A DNA stretch of 64,000 bases from NCBI GenBank assembly GCA_012295275.1, contig CM022669.1, forward strand, positions 17,484,001 through 17,548,000. The letters are read 5' to 3'. This DNA comes from Chrysomallon squamiferum (lineage: Eukaryota; Animalia; Mollusca). A program made the position numbers and the translations under genes. This document shows positions 36,458-49,533 of this stretch, piece after piece; the first letter of the stretch is position 1, and every line of letters starts with the position of its first letter. Below the pieces are notes generated by a model. The model saw nothing but the letters and a program-made list of their open reading frames with translations, had not been told where the DNA came from and did no database searches.

Positions 36458-36660
36458 CTAAATATAGAGAAATAAATACAAATAAATTAGTCAATCAAAC
36501 AAGCACATGTATATTTTAAAATAAGAATAAAAGTAAGTAAATTCCGTAAACGCTCAAACCTGTGTTACCTTGATTATAACCTTTCCTCCACTGACATAGA
36601 TAAAATATAAGACTGTTCAATAATGATTGGATAGAGCTTACCCGAAACAGCCAATCGTTA
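36458..36660 (-). promoter_or_regulatory. 5' UTR intron (36458-36568), short non-coding exon and inverted CCAAT pair of copy 3
   Basis: Minus strand AAG|GTAACA, CTAAT branch-like site, TTTAG acceptor. TAATGATTGG at 36621-36630 and CCAATCGTTA at 36651-36660. Confidence 0.55.
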
Positions 36661-39350
36661 GGTAAATATGGTTAGCTTGATAATCTAATAACGCCAGGTT
36701 ATTTTATTTATAAATCTTCAGATTTTTTTACCAGCAGATGGTATAATGTAAAACAATCGACCTATTTAGCCGCTTTCAGAGCAGTACATATTTTCATTTA
36801 TTTAATTTCCACATATTTATGATTAAAATTGAATAAACAGTTCTGGTAACAGTACACAAGAAAACCTCTTTTTTTATAAGTGAGCATTTTACATTACATT
36901 ATATTACCATCAGTAAGGTTTTTCAATAAAAAGTGAATGATGTCTTAAATCAGATATTCAAAAAATCAGTTACGTTTTGAAATCAGAATGAATTGCTTTA
37001 AAAGTATATATAATGTTTGGATTTCTAATTTTATTTAAAGTTTCAGTTACAGTGACCTAACTTCTTAAGCTAAATTGTAAAAATAAAATTTCTTCTTGAA
37101 TATTTACGCTCTTTGATGAGACACTGAAATATCTATCTTCAAGTGAAGTCATGGAATTACTGACTGCAGTCTATTAAACTGGTACAGATCAGAAATATGG
37201 ATCGACTTGATTCTGGTATTAAAAACACGGCCAACCACCCGGTATTTGTTTTAAAATACGAAACAGTTTAAATTAAAAAAGTTCAATACAGTAAAACATG
37301 ATAGACATTCGAAACAGCAAGCAGAATACGGTATGTATTTGATCAATACGTGTATTTAATTTTTAATTTTTAATATTTATATATTTATTTATTTATTTGT
37401 TATTATTATTATTTCATATTTTTACTCAAACATTAACTCGGACTGTATGCTTTTCACGTACGTTTGGTAAATAGTTATTACACATGAAATGTTATCTTGT
37501 AAAATTAAAGCTCTGATTTGCCATTTGTGTGAAAAATCCCAGCTCTTGAGATATTTATATAAGTAGTATTATATATGTATGTATGTGTGTATCTTTATGT
37601 ATGTATCTACGTGGGTATGGATATAGGTGTGTATGTGCGGATATATAAGAAAATGTGTTGTATGTAAATGGTGTTATGGTTAATATTGTTACAGTTTACA
37701 ATGTTTAGGGGAACCGGAATAAGGGATATAGTATTATATGACGTCACGAGAGCATGCGTTAGTTTTTGTTCGTAGCCATTTTTGAAACGAAAACAATTGT
37801 TTGGAAACTGAAATGAACTTTATGTTTTAATATTAAAACATAACAGTATGAATGTACGTGTGTATGAGTGCATGTCAGTATGGGTGCTTCTCGGTATTGG
37901 TGAGTGTATAGTTACATCGGTTCAAAATAGCTGATCATCTCGTAATGTTGACATGTTTATAGAGGACTGTCAGTATGATAATCCAGTCCTCTACAAACAG
38001 TTTTGATCGAAACACTTCACAGAGTTTTAATCTTCAAATGAAAACTATTCTAGTAATATTTTAGGAATGTGATTTTCTAACCTTTAGGCATAGACAATAC
38101 ATACTTAAAGTCTGAAAATTAATCATCAAATTAAGTATTTATTAAAATAGAGTCTCATTTCTCACGAAACCTGAGAAAATACAATTTCCTCTTGAAGATT
38201 TGCCCTCTTAGATGATTTTGTTGTTTATAACAAGTCATACTACTAATATACTGACACTTAGCCTTTCAGTGTGAATCAGTTTCGATCGGCACAATCTGTG
38301 ATCTTCGCATTTATTTCTTATCGCTGATGCGTAATGCTACATACATTCAGTAGCGTGGTATTGTGTCTACGAATGGTCATATGAAAAACAACAACTATTC
38401 ATATATTTTCCCTTTTTAAATTTATTTTTACAATATTTTACCGATAAACTCAGAGTACATGTAATATCTAAAAATGATAATAAACGATTAAAATACAAAA
38501 TTAAAACTAAGATTACAGAGTCATCATTAAGACATTCACCGATTCACATCAGTCAGTGCTAAACGATTTTTCTTCCTCTTCTTTTTACATAAACATTAAT
38601 TGTAACAAATACAAAATTTGTCTATTTCCAGAAATAAAGGAATATTTTATTCACCAAAACGATTTGTTAAATTAAGTATTACATATTCTTAGAAGAACGA
38701 AATAGAAAATACGCGATTGTCTCTTTTTTCCATTACCAGCAATGTTTCTGTTCATGAACCTTCCATTAGACAGGAAATCTCAGAAACAAAGACTGTCTTA
38801 GACCTTAGGACGCCCGAGGTACCTCAAGTTCAGGGTGCCAACAACATTGAAATTAAATTACGTGACAAATAAGAACAAATGAAAGAATGAACTAAATAAA
38901 TTTAAATTAGGTTCCGAAGAAGACGTCTGGTTGTATTTTTCTCTATTTTAATAACCCTGTAACAAAAGCCATAATGAAATAAATTACAGGTAAGGTAGAA
39001 AGTTTGGTGGTGACTTTATTTCTTTAAATAGAGCACATCATGTGGAGTTTTTCTCTTCTAGATATACTTATGTATAACATACAGTAAATGTCGTTGTATT
39101 CATATTAAATAACAGCCGAAACAGAACAATATTTCTATTTTCTCATGCCTTCACTCTAATGACTAATTCTTTTAAATAATGACAGTATTTTTATAATTAA
39201 TTATTTTATTTATAAAGAAGCTAAGGTCCCTTCTTGCAAGGGAAATTACAGCAAATTCCATATTTTATTGCAATGATCTCTTTTGAAAATTATTGTTCTA
39301 TCGGTTTCAGCACTTGACTGGATCATCGACTTTTCCATCTTAAGAAACAA

Positions 39351-40304
39351 CTAATAGCATTGTTTAGGGAGAGAAATTGTTCTCAGTGTTGTGTTTCCAA
39401 TTTTCAGACTTTCACTAATGTATCCTGATCGAGCTTCGTTCTCACGGAACACAAAAGGGAAGAAATCGTACAACTGGCTACAATCAACGGTAACACTCTT
39501 TTGTCCTCTGTTCACTTTAGGCAGATAAAACATGGTTATACACTCGTTTATTTTATAATCCATATTTAGCAATTTCTCTCTTCTACAAGGTACGGGGGCA
39601 TATCGGTTTTCAAAAAGACGTAGTTGAAGCGGGTATATGATATCCTTTGTGAACACATACTTTTTTACGCATCTATGGGAACCGAAAATATGAGTGGAAT
39701 TTTCTTTGAAGAAAAATATATCTATGTAGGGAAATTTATAACTGTATCCTACTCCAGCAGGCAGATCCTCCATGTAAAACTTCCATGTGGTGTCATGTTT
39801 CGAATAAACACGATATCCAGGGACGCTTCCAAAAATCCTTTTTATTTTGTCCAAATCTGATGTTACGATGACGACATCGAGGTCGCCATCCCAGGGGATA
39901 ATTCCATGATGACGGTAAGATCCTAAGATAGATCCGGCCCACAAGAAACAAGTGAGGTTAGCTTTGCGACAAGTCTCCATGAATTTGTCAAAAGTCAGAA
40001 CCATCAGTACCTGGTCCTTTGGTGAGAGTATAGGGAAGAACTGTCTAAGTAAAGTATTGTTCATCAAGCGGTCTTTACTAGGAAGATACCAAGCGCCCAT
40101 TATTTGCTGATCTTTTGCAAACGGAAACTTTACATAATTTCCCTTCTTCTCAACCGTATTAGATTTTTTTATCTCAGAATGGCTGGAATGTTGCTGGATG
40201 ACACTAACGATGTCAGCAGGCTTTTTGTGCTGGAAATAAAGGTATCCAATTAAGTATAACAATAGGACAATTCCACCAATTATAAAATAATTTTCTTTTC
40301 TCAT
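39351..40304 (-). CDS. LicD/fukutin-family phosphotransferase, copy 4 (class C)
   Basis: 317-aa ORF; WAGSILGSYRHHGIIPWDGDLD, PYIDIFF. Likely splice acceptor at 40466-40467. Confidence 0.9.
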   Translation of the reverse strand: MRKENYFIIGGIVLLLYLIGYLYFQHKKPADIVSVIQQHSSHSEIKKSNTVEKKGNYVKFPFAKDQQIMGAWYLPSKDRLMNNTLLRQFFPILSPKDQVLMVLTFDKFMETCRKANLTCFLWAGSILGSYRHHGIIPWDGDLDVVIVTSDLDKIKRIFGSVPGYRVYSKHDTTWKFYMEDLPAGVGYSYKFPYIDIFFFKENSTHIFGSHRCVKKYVFTKDIIYPLQLRLFENRYAPVPCRREKLLNMDYKINECITMFYLPKVNRGQKSVTVDCSQLYDFFPFVFRENEARSGYISESLKIGNTTLRTISLPKQCY

Positions 40305-41457
40305 TTTCGCTGTTCCTTATATTTCTTAAGTGAAAACTTTGTTGAAATTACTGTTTGTTTGCCTAATTATTGTGAAACAGTCTTGGATGGAGTAATAGAA
40401 CAAGTATTCTCTTCACAGTTTCTGCAGTTTCCATTGTTGGGATATGATGCATAAATTCATCGACTCTAGACATTAAATAAATAAATATTCAGTCAGCTAG
40501 TTATGATTTGGAAAGTTTTAAATTATGTTTATTACCATAACGATTAAAATATTAGTACATGTAAGATGACTATGTGGAAAATCAGAAGTGTAAAATAAAA
40601 AAATACTTTTTTTTTTAAAGTTAGACTGTGTTAAGTTAACAACAAAAATCGATTAACTATAAAATATTAATTGTGCTCTAAATAAGATTCGTTCAAATAA
40701 CTATAACCTTTCGATATGAGAATGATTTATTTTCGTATGTATATATAGTTATATTTTCAAATTTTTAATTTGTTTTAATTAGAATTATTCCATCTTAATT
40801 ACAATCAGCACTTACCTTTTAGAAGTAAAGTCTAGAAATACGATTTGTTCTTGAAAACGTACGCAATTTGACACGTCTGTGATAGTTTTCTCGTACTGAT
40901 ACTACAAATGAAGCTACGTCTGTGTTGAACTGTTACAGATCACAACTTTGTTACCTCTGTACTGTGATATTAAGAACAGCGCCAGTCCGTATGCCGGCTG
41001 TTTTGAACGTATTATTACGCAATATTTCAAGAAACCATAAACCTAAATATTTGAAAAGGTGTCCAACATATGTTGTACATTTCATCAATACTGAAGAATG
41101 TCACATGATGTAACTAATAATCATCTGTAACAATAGGATTGAGTTTTCCGATTATAATCACAATGAACATCAAGAATAGAAAAGGAACAGTATCGGTATA
41201 TAAAAATGTAGATTAACGAGACTACGTTAAATAAGAAACACAATAGGCTTTTCAATGACATTCAACTGAAAACGAAAAATTTAAAGATTTTTTTTTTTAA
41301 TGTCTGTTTCAGAATGTACTTTCAATTCGTGGATTCTCTGTTCTTATTAACTTTGTTCAGTCACCTAGTATTTAATGCCAGATACATTAAAACATTCAGA
41401 CTTGAGTTATTGTATTTGAGAAGGTTCACGCATGTTTATATGAAAAGAAATACTGAA

Positions 41458-41496
<39 letters not shown>

Positions 41497-42177
41497 TTTT
41501 TTTTTTTTTTTTTTTATATTTATTATGCACATTTGCAGATACTCACATATCCGATAGCGTGGAGTCGGATCGACTTTTTTGTTCCTCAGCCCGTTATCGT
41601 CAATCGATACGTTTTACTTGTAAAATTTTATATTATTTAATACAATGATTGACCAATTAAAAGAAGGAGTAAGAAATCAGAAAATACTAGATTGCAGATT
41701 GATGATTAAGACATATACCGATTGACATTAACCAGTACTTCATATATAAAACATTACGGAAACAAATGACAAATGACTATATTTGCGAAAGAAAAGAAAT
41801 CTTTTATTTAGAAAAACATACACAAAGCATTTTATTAACCTACGTCGTGCATGAATTACTACATCGGGAGTGAATTTGCATTAACCTTCCCTTAACACGA
41901 ATTCACATAAGATGGCTTTTGATAACTAACCGATTTGTACTGCTTTGACGAACTAACAACTGAAAACAAAATAAAACCAAAAACCACTTATATATCCATC
42001 TTCATGTGAAGTCACGTCATGGAACTGCTGACTACAGTCTATTAAACTGTTAGAAATCGGGAATATGACTCGATTTGATTCTGATACTAAAAACACAACC
42101 AAGCTAATATTTGTAATTTAGATAAAAGAAAGAGTTATAAATGTTCGAAACAGCGATCAGCGTATGCTATGTATTAC

Positions 42178-42209
<32 letters not shown>

Positions 42210-45200
42210 ATGATTAAGTATGTATATGTTTCACTGTGTACATGTATGTATGTACTTACACATGTAGTTTACGATTTTGAATATTCTGTCTGATGTACGT
42301 CTGATTAGACTCTGCACGTAGACGATATTCAGGAACGTACTGGCGTAGGAGGACAAAGTCCAATGACGACGTCAGAAATATCGTCAGATGCCGCTGATGA
42401 AACTCCGTATGTATGGCATCCTTTCGCCCGCACTCCGAAGGCGCAGGAATATATGCAGTCCCAATTAGGACTATATTTCAGAACCAATTAAACGTAATTA
42501 AAAAGTACAATTAGAAAATACAAAACTGCAGGTAGATCATTGAAACATTCATCGTTTTTCACATCTACTAATTGAACTCATTCCGTCATGGTCTTCCTGT
42601 TTTTACACTACACTACTTCATACAAAACAAATAAGAAATTACTATATTTCCAGTTATATTATATAGGTAAATTCCGTAAACGTCTCAACCTGTGTTACCT
42701 TGATTATAACCTTTCCTCCACTGACATAGATAAAATATAAGACTGTTCAATAATGATTGGATAGAGCTTACCCGAAACAGCCAATCGTTATGTAAATATG
42801 GTTAGCTTGATAATCTAATAACGCCAGGTTATTTTATCTATAAATCTTCAGATTTATAACAGCAGATGGTATAATGTAAAACAATCGAGCTTTTTAGCCG
42901 CTTTCAGAGCAGTACATATTTTCATTTATTTAATTTCCACATATTTATGATTAAAGTTGAATAAACAATTCTGGTACCAGTACACAAGAAAACCTCTTTT
43001 TCATAAGTGAGCATTTTACATTACATTATATTACCATCAGTAACGTTTTTCAATAAAAAGTGAATTATGTCTTAAATCAGATATTCAAAAAATCAATTAC
43101 GTTTTGAAATCAGAATGAATTGCTTTAAAAGTATATATAATTTTTGGATTTCTAATGTTATTTAAAGTTTCAGTTACAGTGACCTAACTTCTTAAGCTAA
43201 ATTGTAAAAATAATATTTCTTGTTGACTATTTATGCTCTTTGATGAGACACTGAAACATCCATCTTCAAGTGAAGTCATGGAATTACTGACTGCAATCTA
43301 TTAAACTGCTACAGATCAGAAATATGGATCGATTTGATTCTGGTATTAAAAACCACCCGGTATTTGTTTTAAAATACAAAACTTAATTTTGATAAAAAAA
43401 AAAGAGTTCAATACAGTAAAAAGCGATAGACATTCGAAAGACCGAGCAGAATGTGGTATGTATTTGATCAATACGTGTATTTAATTATAAATTTTTATTT
43501 ATTTATTTATTTATTTATCTATTTATTTATTATTATTATTTCATATTTTTACTCAAACATTAACTCGGACTGTATGCTTTTCACGTACGTTTGGTAAATA
43601 GTTATTACACATGAAATGTTATCTTGTAAAATTAAAGCTCTGATTTGTCATTTGTGTGAAAAATCCCAACTCTTGAGATATTTATATAAGTAGTATTATA
43701 TATGTATGTATGTATCTACGTAGGTATGGATATAGGTGTGTATGTGCGGATATATATGATATGTGTTGTATGTACATGGTGTTATGGTTAATATTGTTAC
43801 AGTTTACAATGTTTAGGGGAACCGCAATAAGGGATATAGTAGTATATGACGTCACGAGAGCATGCGTTAGTTTTTGTTCGTAGCCATTTTTGAAACGAAA
43901 TAAATTGTTTGGAAACTGAAATGAACTTTATGTTTTAATGTTAAAACATAATAGTATGAATGTACGTGTGTATGAGTGCATGTCAGTATGGGTGCTTCTC
44001 GGTATTGGTGAGTGTGTATTCAAAATAGTTGATCCACTCGTAATGTTGACATGTTTATAGAGGACTGTCAGTATGATAATCCAGTTCTCTACAAACAGTC
44101 TTGATCGAAACACTTCACAGAGTTTTAATCTTCAAATGAAAACTATTCTAGTAATATTTTAGGAATGTGATTTTCTAACCTTTAGGCATAGACAATACAT
44201 ATTTAATGTCTGAAAATGAATCATCAAATTAAGTATTTATTAAAATAACGTCCCATTTCTCACGAAACCTGAGAAAATACAATTTCCTCTTGAAGATTTG
44301 CCCTCTTAGATGATTTTGTTGTTTATAAAAAGTCATACTACTAATATACTGACACTTAGCCTTTCAGTGTGAATCAGTTTCGATCGGCACAATCTGTGAT
44401 CTTCGCATTTATTTCTTATCGCTGATGCGTAATGCTAGATACATTCAGTAGCGTTGTATTGTGTCTACGAATGGTCATATCAAAAACAACAACTATTCAT
44501 ATATTTTCCCTTTTTAAATTTATTTTTACAATATTTTACCGATAAACTCAGAGTACATGTAATATCTAAAAATGATAATAAACGATTAAAATACAAAATT
44601 AAAACTAAGATTACAGAGTCATCATTAAGACATTCACATCAGTCAGTGCTGAACGATTTTTCTTCCTCTTCTTTTTACATAAACATTAATTGTAACAAAT
44701 ACCAAATTTGTCTATTTCCAGAAATAAAGGAATATTTTATTCACCAAAACGATTTGTTAAATTAAGTATTACATATTCTTAGAAGAACGAAATAGAAAAT
44801 ACGCGATTGTCTTTTTTTTCCATTACCAGCAATATTTCTGTTCATGAACCTTCCATTAGACAGGAAATCACAGAAACAAAGACTCTCTTAGACCTTAGGA
44901 CGTCCGAGGTACCTCAAGTTCAGGGTGCCAACAACATAGAAATTAAATTACGTGACAAATAAGAACAAATGAAAGAATGAACTAAATAAATTAAAATTAT
45001 GTTCCGAAGAAGACGTCTGGTTGTATTTTTCTCTATTTTAATAACCCTGTAACAAAAGCCATAATGAAATAAATTACAGGTAAGGTAGAAAGTTTGGTGA
45101 TGACTTTATTTCTTTAAATAGTGCACATCATGTGGAGTTTTTCTCTTCTAGATATACTTATGTATAACATACAGTAAATGTCGTTGTATTCATATTAAAT

Positions 45201-45440
45201 AACAGCCGAAACAGAACAATCTTTCTATTTTCTCATGCCTTCACTCTAATGACTAATTCTTTTTAATAATGACAATATTTTTATAATTATTCATTTTAGT
45301 TATAAAGAAGCTAAGGTCCCTTCTTGCAAGGGAAGTTACAGCAAATTCCATATTTTATTGCAATGATCTCTTTTGAAAATTATTGTTCTATCGGTTTCAG
45401 CACTTGACTGGATCATCGACTTTTCCATCTTAAGAAACAA

Positions 45441-46400
45441 CTAATAGCATTGTTTAGGGAGAGAAATTGTTCTCAGTGTTGTGTTTCCAATTTTCAGACT
45501 TTCACTAATGTATCCTAATCGAGCTTCGTTCTCACGGAATACAAAAGGGAAGAAATCGTACAACTGGCTACAATCAACGGTAACACTTTTTTGTCCTCTG
45601 TTCACTTTAGGCAGATAAAACATGGTTATACACTCGTTTATTTTATAATCCATATTTAGCAATTTCTCTCTTCTACAAGGTACGGGGGCATATCGGTTTT
45701 CAAAAAGACGTAGTTGAAGCGGGTATATGATATCCTTTGTGAACACATACTTTTTTACGCATTTATGGGAACCGAAAATATGAGTGGAATTTTCTTTGAA
45801 GAAAAATATATCTATGTAGGGAAATTTATAACTGTATTCTACTCCAGCAGGCAGATCTTCCATGTAAAACTTCCATGTGGTGTCATGTTCCGAATAAACA
45901 CGATATCCAGGGACGCTTCCAAAAATCCATTTTATTTTGTCCAAATCTGATGTTACGATGACGACATCGAGGTCGCCATCCCAGGGGATAATTCCATGAT
46001 GTCTGTAAGATCCTAAGATAGATCCGGCCCACAAGAAACAAGTGAGGTTAGCTTTGCGACAAGTCTCCATGAATTTGTCAAAAGTCAGAACCATCAGTAC
46101 TTGGTCCTTTGGTGAGAGTATAGGGAAGAACTTTCTGAGTAAAGTATTGTTCATCAAGCGGTCTTTATTAGGAAGATACCAAGCGCCCATTATTTGCTGA
46201 TCTTTCGCAAACGGAAACTTTACATAATTTCCCTTCTTCTCAACCGTATTAGATTTTTTTATCTCAGAATGGCTGGAATGTTGCTGGATGACACTAACGA
46301 TGTCAGCAGACTTTTTGTTCTGGTAATAAAGGTATCCAATTAAGTGCGAGAATACGAAAATTCCACCAATTATGAAATATTTAACTTTTGTCATTTTCAT
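45441..46400 (-). CDS. LicD/fukutin-family phosphotransferase, copy 5 (class C)
   Basis: 319-aa ORF (317 aa from the second Met); same motifs as copy 4. Confidence 0.9.
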   Translation of the reverse strand: MKMTKVKYFIIGGIFVFSHLIGYLYYQNKKSADIVSVIQQHSSHSEIKKSNTVEKKGNYVKFPFAKDQQIMGAWYLPNKDRLMNNTLLRKFFPILSPKDQVLMVLTFDKFMETCRKANLTCFLWAGSILGSYRHHGIIPWDGDLDVVIVTSDLDKIKWIFGSVPGYRVYSEHDTTWKFYMEDLPAGVEYSYKFPYIDIFFFKENSTHIFGSHKCVKKYVFTKDIIYPLQLRLFENRYAPVPCRREKLLNMDYKINECITMFYLPKVNRGQKSVTVDCSQLYDFFPFVFRENEARLGYISESLKIGNTTLRTISLPKQCY

Positions 46401-46761
46401 AGTTTCTTATATCTTAACTGAACTTTTTTGTTTGACTAATTATTGTGAAACAGTCTTGGATGGAGTAATAGAAACAAATATTCTCTTCACAGTTTCTGCA
46501 GTTTCCGTTACTGGGATATGATGCATGAATTCATCGACTCTAGATATTAAATAAATAAATATTCAGTCAGCTAGTTATGATTTGGAAAGTTTTAAATTAT
46601 GTTTATTACCATAACGATTAAAATATTAGTACATGTAAGATGACTATGTGGAAAATCAGAAGTTTAAAATAGAAAAATAATTTTTTATAAGTTAGACTGT
46701 GTTAAGTTAACAGCAAAAATCGATTTTCATTAAAATATCAATTTTGCTGTAAATAAGATTC

Positions 46762-49205
46762 GTTCAGATATCTATAGCCTTTCGATATGAGAATGATTTA
46801 TTTTCGAACGTATATATAGTTATATTTTCAAATTTTTAATGTCTTTTAATTAGAATTAGTACATCTTAATTACAGTACCACGTACCTTTTAGAAGTAAAT
46901 TCTAGAAATACGATTAGTTCTTGAAAACGTACGCACTTTGACGCGTCTGTGATAGTTTTCTCGTACTGATACTACAAATGAAGCCACGTCTGTGTTGAAC
47001 TGTTACAGATCACAACTTTGTTACCTCTGTACTGTGATATTAAGAACAGCGCCAGTCCGTATGCCCGCTGTTTTGAAATTATTACCTTGAATACGCAAAA
47101 TTTAGTTTACTTCAGCGAATTTCAAGAGACCACAAGGTTATGTATTTGAAAGGGCTTTCAATATATGTTGTGCATTTCATCAATACTGAACAATTTTACA
47201 TAATGTATTTTAGTAATCATCTATAACATTAGGTATAGTATATCGATAATAATTACACTGAATATCAAGATTCTGTCGAATGTGTTTTTCAGTTATATCA
47301 AAATATCAATTGTTTACGTCGGTATAACCGACTCTCTATTGCGATACCTGATCGATGTCCTGTGTAATATTTCTAAGTAAACAGAAATAAATACAAATCA
47401 AACAAGCACATGTACATTTTAAAATAAGAATAAATTTAAGTAAATTCCGTAAACGTCTCAACCTGTGTTACCTTGATTTTAACTTTTCCTTCCACTGACA
47501 TAGATATGGTATAGGACTGTTCAGTAATGATTGGATAGAGCTTACATAAAACAGCCAATCGTTACCAGGCCGGATTGTCGTTAGGCAAATATGGTTGGCT
47601 TGGTTATCTAATAAGGCCAGGTCATTCACATAATTTATCCAAATATCTTCAACTTTACTGACAGACGGTGTAATGAAAAACATTCAAGCTTTTTAGCCGC
47701 TTTTAGAACAGTACAAAATGTCATCCTTTTTAATGATTAAAGTTGAATAAACGTATGTAGTATCAGTACACATGAAAACATTTTTTTAATAAATGAGTAT
47801 AATTACATTACTTTAAGTTACCAGCAATAAGATTTTTCTATAAAACATGAATTATATTATAAATTAGATTTTTTGAAATGAGAATGAATTCTTTTAAAAA
47901 TACATATAAGTCGATTTTCAAATGTTATTTGAGTTAATTTAAGTTTCACTTACAGTGACCTAACTTTTAAAAGGTAACTTGTGAAAATATAATTTCTTCT
48001 TGAAAATTTACGCTTTTTGATGAGACACTGAAACCTCCATCTTCAAGTGAAGTCACGTCATGGAACTACTGTTAGAAAACGGGAATATGGCTCGATTTGA
48101 TTCTGATACTAAAAACACGACCTAACCAACCAACCCCCGTATTTGTTTTAAAATACCAAACTTAATTTAGATAAAACAAAAAGGTCGGCAGAGTAAAAAG
48201 TGGTCAATGTTCGAAATTGCGAGCAGCGTATGCTATGTATTACATATCTATATACATGTATGTGTTTATAATTATGTATGTATATGTGTTCAGTGTGTAC
48301 ATGTATGTATGTACTTACATATGTAGTTTACGATTTTGAATATTCTGTCTGATGTACGTCTGATTAGACTCTGCACGTGGACGATATTCAGGAACGTACT
48401 GGCGGAGGACAAAGTCCAATGACGACGTCAGAAACCTCGTCAGATGCCGCTGATGCAACTCAGTATGTATGGCATCCTTTCGCCCGCACTCCGAAGGCGC
48501 AGGAATATATGCAGTCCCAATTAGGACTATATTTCAGAACCAATTAAACGTAATTAAAAAGTACAATTAGAAAATACAAAACTGCAGGTAGATCATTGAA
48601 ACATTCATCGTTTTTCACATCTACTAATTGAACTCATTCTGTCATGGTCTTCCTGTTTTTACACTACACTACTTCATACAAAACAAATAAGAAATTACTA
48701 TATTTCCAGTTATATTATTTTTATTACAAACGGTTGTTTTTTTTTCTTTTCTTTTTTTGTTGTTTTTTCATTATATGAAAGTACATTTCAGAGCGTTTTG
48801 GTAAATTAATACCTCAAAAATGAAAAAAAAAAAAGAAGAAAAAAAGCAGTAATAATAATAAATAAATAAAAAATAAATAAATAAAAAAAGTAAATAATAA
48901 AAAAATAAATAAATAAGTAATAATAATAATAAAATAATATAAAAATAATTAAATAAATAAATAAAATAAAATAAAACAAAAAATAAAATTAAGAACTTAA
49001 AAAATATAAAAAAATAAAAATAAATAAATACATATAGTACATATAAAGAAGAACGAATACAATCAAGATTCCGTTATCTAAATTAGTGTAAAAAAAAAAA
49101 TTCTTAGAGAGAAAGAAAAATAATTTAGAGAGAGAGAGAGAGATTAAAGAAATAAAGTAAAAGACAATAAAATTAATCATAATAATAATAATAATGATGA
49201 TGATG

Positions 49206-49254
<49 letters not shown>

Positions 49255-49290
49255 TAATAAAATGAAACAATTAATAAATAAATACATATT
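46762..49290. repeat. Segmental duplication, partner at about 59774-62255
   Basis: Near-identical non-coding sequence including the orphan promoter module and the CpG-rich module. Confidence 0.9.
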
Positions 49291-49299
49291 CATATACAA

Positions 49300-49533
49300 A
49301 AGAACAAATGCAATCAAAAGTCCATAATCTAACTTATTGTCCATCTCCATGGAAACAACAAATAATGAAACTCTTTAGTACAAAATTTCATTCCATGACT
49401 TATTATATTGAAATCTTCTGAATATCAGAGTTCTTCAGCTAACAAAACCCGACTACATCATCTCCTCTTTTTAACAAATAATACAATATAATATTTAGTG
49501 ACAAATGAAGTGCTTATCTTTAAACGTTAATAA
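49300..49533 (-). pseudogene. Class A 3' flank remnant ending at the stop codon and last codon
   Basis: Matches 35125-35339 and 50235-50459 through AAACGTTAATAA; the CDS is then missing. Confidence 0.7.

Larger units (their letters stand above)
36536..47230. repeat. Segmental duplication: about 36536-41130 versus 42668-47230, each carrying a class C gene; partial third copy 54320-56908
   Basis: Long near-identical non-coding stretches; CDS stop codons offset by 6090 bp. Confidence 0.9.

Noticed and set aside
36569-36595. Short leader ending AAG|GT as a spliced-leader RNA gene
   Set aside because: A cis acceptor lies about 110 nt downstream and the leader varies between copies.
39860-39900. 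PWDGDLD in class C read as a dead catalytic motif
   Set aside because: The Gly is at the variable position (Tyr in FKRP WDYDVD); the three Asp residues remain.
42385-42420. CTGATGA inside a hairpin as a hammerhead ribozyme or SECIS
   Set aside because: No stem II followed by GAAA and no three-way junction; no in-frame TGA gene or SECIS geometry.
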